Shown here in pieces: positions 58,851-64,000 of a stretch of 64,000 nt of DNA. Every line of letters starts with the position of its first letter. The first letter of the stretch is position 1. Position numbers and translations under genes: made by a program. Source of the DNA: Candidatus Nezhaarchaeales archaeon (GTDB taxonomy: Archaea; Thermoproteota; Methanomethylicia; Nezhaarchaeales; WYZ-LMO8); assembly GCA_038887515.1 (NCBI GenBank), contig JAWAKK010000003.1, forward strand, positions 1 to 64,000. The letters run 5' to 3'. The notes below the pieces were generated by a model. That model was not told the origin of the DNA, ran no database searches, and saw only the letters and a program-made list of their open reading frames with translations.

Positions 58851-59458
58851 CCTTGTTGAGAAGCATAGATCGTGAGGTCTACGAAGTTTTAAGAAGATAC
58901 GCTTTGAGGATCGCTAAGAGGGGATACGTTACAGCACATGGCGGCAATTTAAGTGTGAGATCTGGAGATTTCATGTGGATAACCAGGCATGCTTGTTCTC
59001 TTGAGGATCTAAGGAGAGAGGACGTGGTCAGGGTGCCGATAAGTAGACCTTCTAGCCATGACATAATAGCATCTACGGAAACCCCGATTCACAGAGAGAT
59101 ATATCGGAGGACCAACAACCTTGTCGTAATGCACGCTCACCCGCCATACTCTGTTGCGATATCCTACTTTATCGATGAACTGATACCGCTGGATTCAGAA
59201 GGCTATCACGTTTTAAGGAAAGTACCGGTTGTCGAAGGTAGGCCCGGCTCTTCGACTTTAGCTAATGAAGTAGCCAACGGCTTAATGAAGTGTTGGGCAG
59301 TAATAGTTAGGGGTCATGGGGTCTTCGCGTCTTCAAAGTTCATAGACCACACCTACCAGATATTGTGCATGGTTGAGCACTCAGCTAAAATACTATACTT
59401 GAAAGCCATGTGCGAAAAGACCCTTGGAATAAAAGCTAGAGCACCCAAGGAATTCTAG
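58847..59458 (+). CDS. Class II aldolase/adducin family protein
   Basis: GGNLSVR, STETPIH, HAHPP, RGHG; ATGA overlap with AOR gene. Confidence 0.85.
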   Translation: MTLLRSIDREVYEVLRRYALRIAKRGYVTAHGGNLSVRSGDFMWITRHACSLEDLRREDVVRVPISRPSSHDIIASTETPIHREIYRRTNNLVVMHAHPPYSVAISYFIDELIPLDSEGYHVLRKVPVVEGRPGSSTLANEVANGLMKCWAVIVRGHGVFASSKFIDHTYQILCMVEHSAKILYLKAMCEKTLGIKARAPKEF

Positions 59459-59512
59459 TTTTCACGAACTCCAGTAAAGTTTTAATGAGGCAGCCATAGT
59501 ATGCTAATGGAA

Positions 59513-59602
59513 GCCCCGGTAGCTCAGTTAGGCAGAGCGGCGGGCTGTTATCAACGGACAGAGACCCGTAGGTCGGAGGTTCGAGTCCTCCCCGGGGCGC
59601 CA
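59513..59602 (+). tRNA. tRNA-Asn(GTT) with 13-nt intron (59551-59563), CCA encoded
   Basis: GCCCCGGTAGCTCAG...GCGGGCT-GTT-A[TCAACGGACAGAG]ACCCGT; BHB helix CTGT/ACAG. Confidence 0.93.
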
Positions 59603-59679
59603 AATTCTAATCCTTAATAGAGAGCGTTAAGTTATGACGTGGACATAGACGGTTAACAACAAATAATGTAGGACTCTAC

Positions 59680-59958
59680 TTACGGCCCCCTAAGTTTAAC
59701 TATGATTTTACGTACTAAGTAAGCGAGGGCAGCAATTACTATTGTAGTTAAAGCTATAGAGCCCGTCCAAACCCAAAAGAGTAGCGCCCTTGCCAACGCA
59801 TAGTCGTTTCCAACCATTCTAGCTAAGATGTGTATATTTAGAAATCCTCTATTAACCGTGAATATTAAAGGGGTAGCTGTGATGACTCCTATGACTATGG
59901 AAAGCAGTATCAAACCTGCACCTGAGAGTAGGGACTTTAGCTTCATGAGGGCTAGCAC
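59680..59958 (-). CDS. Small 2-TM hypothetical protein
   Basis: Two hydrophobic segments; lies between two tRNA genes. Confidence 0.55.
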   Translation of the reverse strand: MLALMKLKSLLSGAGLILLSIVIGVITATPLIFTVNRGFLNIHILARMVGNDYALARALLFWVWTGSIALTTIVIAALAYLVRKIIVKLRGP

Positions 59959-60049
59959 CTTTATGTTAGCTCATGTTGTATAAGTACTTAAAGAGTTTGT
60001 TGTTAAGTAAAACTTAAGAGCGCCTTTAAAATATTGGTACTCTCGAAGG

Positions 60050-60179
60050 CCCCGGGTAGCTCAGTGGTAGAGCGCTCGGCTGTAGCTTTGTGCGCGGGTC
60101 GAGGGGCGCGTCTCGCCACAATGAAAGCCCGTCGGCCGAGACCGAGTGGTCGCAGGTTCAAATCCTGCCCCGGGGACCA
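60050..60179 (+). tRNA. tRNA-Tyr(GTA) with 55-nt intron (60086-60140), CCA encoded
   Basis: C1-G72 acceptor CCCCGGG/CCCGGGG-ACCA; CTCGGCT-GTA-G[intron]ACCGAG. Confidence 0.9.
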
Positions 60180-60180
60180 T

Positions 60181-60894
60181 TCACTTCTTAATGCAGTGGA
60201 AGACAAGTATCGGAGAGTACGGTATAGGTTTCGAAGCGACTGATAGACCTAGGACTTTAAGCTCGCGATACAGCTTGTCTTGCCATTTCCTATTTTTACC
60301 TCCGAATATGGACAGAGTTCCCGTAGGCTTTAGTATAGATACGAGTTTTTCCAGAAATTTTCTAGAAAAGAGTGCAGGGTTCTTATTCGGGTTAGGTCCT
60401 CCGTCATGAATTATATGGTCGAAGGAATCGTCAATGTAGAGTATCGCTTCCGTTACATCGCATAGGCAAAGCTTTACCACCGGGTTTGAGAGAGCCTCTT
60501 GAAATGCTGCGTAGGGGTTCCTATAAAGGGCTATTGCCAGAATCTCTGGAGATACGTCTATAGTCAGATAGAGTGATGGAGTTGTAATGGATAATACGGA
60601 GTAACACGTCCTACCTAGCCCAGTTCCTATTTCAAGGACTTTAGAACCATGTTTAACTGCTTCAGCCCACGAAATGTACGTCCCATATATCACTAACCGC
60701 GTTACTTCCTTATCTTCCATAGTGTAACCCAGGCCACCGGTCACCTCATCTATTAGGCGCCATAGGCTCTCCTGACTCATCGATAATACGAGCCCCTTAA
60801 ACGAAGAAACTATATCTCTACTGATCTTATCGACTTCAGAATACTTCTTTTGCTTCAATAACTCTTTTACTAGGCTCTCCGAGAAGTAAGTCAT
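60181..60894 (-). CDS. Archaeal SAM-dependent methyltransferase
   Basis: VLEIGTGLG, FDHIIHD, LKPTG. Confidence 0.78.
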   Translation of the reverse strand: MTYFSESLVKELLKQKKYSEVDKISRDIVSSFKGLVLSMSQESLWRLIDEVTGGLGYTMEDKEVTRLVIYGTYISWAEAVKHGSKVLEIGTGLGRTCYSVLSITTPSLYLTIDVSPEILAIALYRNPYAAFQEALSNPVVKLCLCDVTEAILYIDDSFDHIIHDGGPNPNKNPALFSRKFLEKLVSILKPTGTLSIFGGKNRKWQDKLYRELKVLGLSVASKPIPYSPILVFHCIKK

Positions 60895-60972
60895 ACGTTT
60901 TAAATCTAGAGAGAGGACTTAAAGAGGTGCCCCTTTAATAGTTCGAGGTGAGGCTCGAATAGGGGTAATTGC

Positions 60973-61932
60973 ATGGAAGAACTGACCACCACTACTATAG
61001 GAAGCTTTCCTCTTCCGATGGGGATTGATGGATTCAAGCGTAGCCTCCAAGTCCAGGTTAAAGCTGGAATAGATTATCCTGCGGTGCCCCAACTTGAAGA
61101 TTTTTGCATCATGTTCCTTAGGGAGATAGCTGAGAAAGGGAAGGGCATTGAGAGAAGGGGGGAACATTTTATTCTAAGTGGCCCTATTGAACCCCCCAAA
61201 GAACCGTCGATAGTACGGGACGTATCTTTTGCAGTAACCGTACTCAAGGGCATGAACGTGGATAAAGGTCTTAAAGTTCAGGTCACAGGTCCCTTTACGC
61301 TTTCATCTTCAGTAAAATTTTTAGATAAAACTGTCATGTCCTATCCGGACTTAGTTGAAAACTTCGCCGATGCCATAGCCGAAATGTTAATTTCGACCCT
61401 TAACTTCGAGGAGGTAGAAGTAGCGTTCGTAGACGAGCCAGCTCTACGTTATGCGTTATGGTACGGATACGACGACAACTTCGTAGCAGGGATACTAAAT
61501 AGGATCTTCAAGAGACTCGGTCAAGATGTAGAGAGGGGATTACATGTATGCGGCGATGCACGGGGGCTTTCGGTAGTAACCTTAAAGCTAGACGTCGAAA
61601 TACTACATCACGAATTTGCTGGCTTTCTCAAGAACTTTGAGGCCTACAGCTTAGCTGAGTTGATAAGTGCAGGTAAAATGCTCGGGATAGGGGCTGTAAC
61701 TACAAGACCTGTAGACTCTATTCTAAAGATTGAGAGCGTCGAAGAAGTCGAAAGATTGTTGAAAAAGGCACTAGTGACTTACGGTCCCAGGATAGTTGTG
61801 GCACCTGACTGTGGATTTAGGGGTCTCCTCGAGTTTTGGAGATTTGACGAAGCCATTGACGTTACGTTCCGGAAACTTAAGGTTATGGTTGAAGCCTCTA
61901 AAAAAATAAGAAAAGAAAATTCTTACTTGTAA
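60973..61932 (+). CDS. Cobalamin-independent methionine synthase core-domain protein
   Basis: TTIGSFP, TGPFTL, VDEPAL, LHVCG, APDCG Zn ligands. Confidence 0.8.
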   Translation: MEELTTTTIGSFPLPMGIDGFKRSLQVQVKAGIDYPAVPQLEDFCIMFLREIAEKGKGIERRGEHFILSGPIEPPKEPSIVRDVSFAVTVLKGMNVDKGLKVQVTGPFTLSSSVKFLDKTVMSYPDLVENFADAIAEMLISTLNFEEVEVAFVDEPALRYALWYGYDDNFVAGILNRIFKRLGQDVERGLHVCGDARGLSVVTLKLDVEILHHEFAGFLKNFEAYSLAELISAGKMLGIGAVTTRPVDSILKIESVEEVERLLKKALVTYGPRIVVAPDCGFRGLLEFWRFDEAIDVTFRKLKVMVEASKKIRKENSYL

Positions 61933-61940
61933 ATTGTAAA

Positions 61941-62180
61941 TTACAGCTTTTCTATCTTTATAGCATTGACTGGACAACTATCAGCAGCCTCTTTTGCACA
62001 ATTGTATAGAGAATCAGGAATTTCACCTATTGAAGTCTTTTCGTCAAGATGCTTACTATATTTATCAACAACTCTCGCCTTGTATATGTCGGACCCCATA
62101 ACGAAGACTTCGGGACAAATAGCTGGAGCGGCTCCGCAAGCGACACACCTTTCTCTATCTACGATTACTTTGTAGGGCAT
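61941..62180 (-). CDS. Monocluster ferredoxin
   Basis: CVACGAAPAICPEVF ... CAKEAADSCPVNAI. Confidence 0.85.
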   Translation of the reverse strand: MPYKVIVDRERCVACGAAPAICPEVFVMGSDIYKARVVDKYSKHLDEKTSIGEIPDSLYNCAKEAADSCPVNAIKIEKL

Positions 62181-62310
62181 AAGAAAAGTGTCCCTCAGGA
62201 AGTATATTAAGAGAGCTCGCGTTTATTACTAGGGAGAAAAGGTCTCTCAATAACGGCTGAAGCTCCATAGATTCGAGAGCTTATAGACCTTCAGTGATCT
62301 TTTGCAGGTC

Positions 62311-63648
62311 TCAGAGACAAGTTACGCTACCTTTAGACCATGAATTGAATGCTCGCTTGAGGGTTTCTATAAGTTTTTGCAAGTTCACAACGTGTTCTTC
62401 TCGGCTCTTCATGTCCTTTAATCTATAGACGCCACTCTCAACTTCCTGGGGACCTACCACAATTACGTAGGGTACACCTTTTACATCTGCATATTTTAAT
62501 TGTCTATCCAATTTTCTTCCCATGAGGTCTACTTCGACTCTAATCCCTTCGCCCCTCAATCTCTCGGCCACGATTAGAGCTTCCTTTTTTGCGAGGGGGC
62601 TCGTATATGCAATGAATACCTGAGTTGAGGTCCTGAAACCTGGAAGCATGCCAGCTTCATCCAATACTTCCACTAGCCTATCTATACCCAACGATATTCC
62701 CGTTGCAGGGGTCGGAGGTCCGCCCAATAACTCTATAAGATTATCGTATCTCCCCCCTCCGGCTACGCTACCTACGTTCACGGTTGTTTCAGCTGAAACC
62801 TCAAATATTGGCCCGGTATAATAGTCTAAACCTCTTGCAAGGCTCAAGTCTATGACCACGTACTCAGAACAACCGTAGATTTCAAGGTTGCTTACTATCT
62901 CAGCAAGTTCGTTAATTCCTTCCCTACCCCTATCCGTCAGGATATGGCTTAATTCTTTTTCCACTATGTCTATGCTACCACGTATAGATATTAACTTTAT
63001 TATAGCCGATGCTTCATCATCCGCTAGGCCAAGCTTTTTCAGCTCTTGCTTAACTCCTTCAAGCCCAATCTTATCCATTTTGTCTATAGCTCTAAAGACG
63101 TTTAGCGAGATACTACCGGTAACCCCAGCATACGTAGCCATGGACTCGAGTATCTTTCTGTTATTGAGCCTGACCTTAAAGTTCTTCATGCCCAGCTTCT
63201 TCAGGCACGATACTGCAACTGCTATGACTTCAGCGTCGGCATCCATTTTTGCGCTACCAACTACATCAGCGTCCGCCTGCCAGAACTCTCTAAACCTTCC
63301 GCTTTGTGGTTCTTCATACCTCCACACTCTAGATATGCAATACCTCTTGAAGGGTTTAGGGAGGTCAGGATGACTGGCAACAACCCTTGCTAGTGGGACT
63401 GTAAGGTCGAACCTCAGTCCAAGCTCTCTGCCACCTTTATCCTTAAAGGCATATATTTGTTCCCTAACGTCTGGCCCACACTTGGCCGTTAATACCTCTA
63501 AGAATTCAAATGCAGGTGTTTCAAGTTCGTCGTAGCCATAGAGCTCGAAAACCGACCTGATGGTCTCTATTACATGACGCCTTTTAATCATGTCCCAAGG
63601 AAATAAGTCCCTAGTACCTCGAGGTCTTTTCAAACGAGCCTTATCCAA
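62311..63648 (-). CDS. hisS: Histidyl-tRNA synthetase
   Basis: PRGTRD, LRFDLT, GRFREFWQAD, RGLDYYTG, GGGRYD. Confidence 0.95.
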   Translation of the reverse strand: MDKARLKRPRGTRDLFPWDMIKRRHVIETIRSVFELYGYDELETPAFEFLEVLTAKCGPDVREQIYAFKDKGGRELGLRFDLTVPLARVVASHPDLPKPFKRYCISRVWRYEEPQSGRFREFWQADADVVGSAKMDADAEVIAVAVSCLKKLGMKNFKVRLNNRKILESMATYAGVTGSISLNVFRAIDKMDKIGLEGVKQELKKLGLADDEASAIIKLISIRGSIDIVEKELSHILTDRGREGINELAEIVSNLEIYGCSEYVVIDLSLARGLDYYTGPIFEVSAETTVNVGSVAGGGRYDNLIELLGGPPTPATGISLGIDRLVEVLDEAGMLPGFRTSTQVFIAYTSPLAKKEALIVAERLRGEGIRVEVDLMGRKLDRQLKYADVKGVPYVIVVGPQEVESGVYRLKDMKSREEHVVNLQKLIETLKRAFNSWSKGSVTCL

Positions 63649-63663
63649 GGCAATTTTACCTCC

Positions 63664-64000
63664 CTATAGTTCTGAGAGCGTCACCGTGTAATAACATACT
63701 TCCCCTTGAGAATCTATGACAGCTATTATAAGCTCTTTCCTCAGGTTTCTAGCTTCTCTAGCTTTATCAATTATCGTTCTAAGGTCTATAGGTTCTCCTT
63801 CTACTACTCCGAGTACTAGATACTTAGCTCCTTCTCGACCCACTTCAGCCCCCCTTCTATAAAGCCTAAACTCTACATGTTCTTGAGAAAAGCCTAGCTT
63901 AACGGCGTAACCTCTCCTTTTAAGATCAGAATATATGAGGTATTTCAGCCAGAATTTAGGGTCCTTATTAGACATTAAGCTTGAGAAATCCGAAAGACTC
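63664..64000 (-). CDS. endA: tRNA-splicing endonuclease subunit, 5' part outside the window, probably the structural beta type
   Basis: YLIYSDLKRRGY, LIIAVIDSQGEVCYY; catalytic His position appears to read Gly (REGAKY); frame open to the window edge. Confidence 0.8.
   Translation of the reverse strand, partial: SLSDFSSLMSNKDPKFWLKYLIYSDLKRRGYAVKLGFSQEHVEFRLYRRGAEVGREGAKYLVLGVVEGEPIDLRTIIDKAREARNLRKELIIAVIDSQGEVCYYTVTLSEL

Noticed and set aside
60003-60243. ORFs overlapping tRNA genes (also 17872-18105 and 23471-23659) and many short antisense ORFs
   Set aside because: Shadow frames of tRNAs or of well-supported genes on the opposite strand

Overview
Core-genome segment of an archaeon, most likely Thermoproteota/TACK. 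Markers: crenarchaeal-type tRNAs with BHB introns, a structural-type splicing endonuclease subunit, an AdoMetDC-derived arginine decarboxylase, Cdc6, aCPSF1, proteasome beta, egsA and SepCysS; a Nezhaarchaeales/Culexarchaeales/Methanomethylicia-like lineage is an inference. It holds about 60 housekeeping CDS (purSLQ, glnA, metG, hisS, ahcY, tRNA modification, ribosome biogenesis, part of the A/V-ATPase) and 8 tRNA genes, 5 with introns. No CRISPR array, rRNA gene or transposase was seen. The main discovery is that the hydrogenase maturation gene hypD is split inside its conserved CGTH motif by a 22-nt intron (12273-12294) that folds into a canonical bulge-helix-bulge, i.e. a candidate archaeal pre-mRNA intron outside cbf5. 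Other highlights: an unannotated C/D-box sRNA whose two guides match the two 16S rRNA regions around the central pseudoknot; a TmcA-ASCH (ac4C writer/hydrolase) gene pair; a ribophorin-I-like protein; an ATPase subunit I with a duplicated N-terminal domain; an AtpZ-like/subunit C fusion; and a perfect 44-bp palindrome upstream of glnA. All calls come from reading motifs by eye; no database searches were run.
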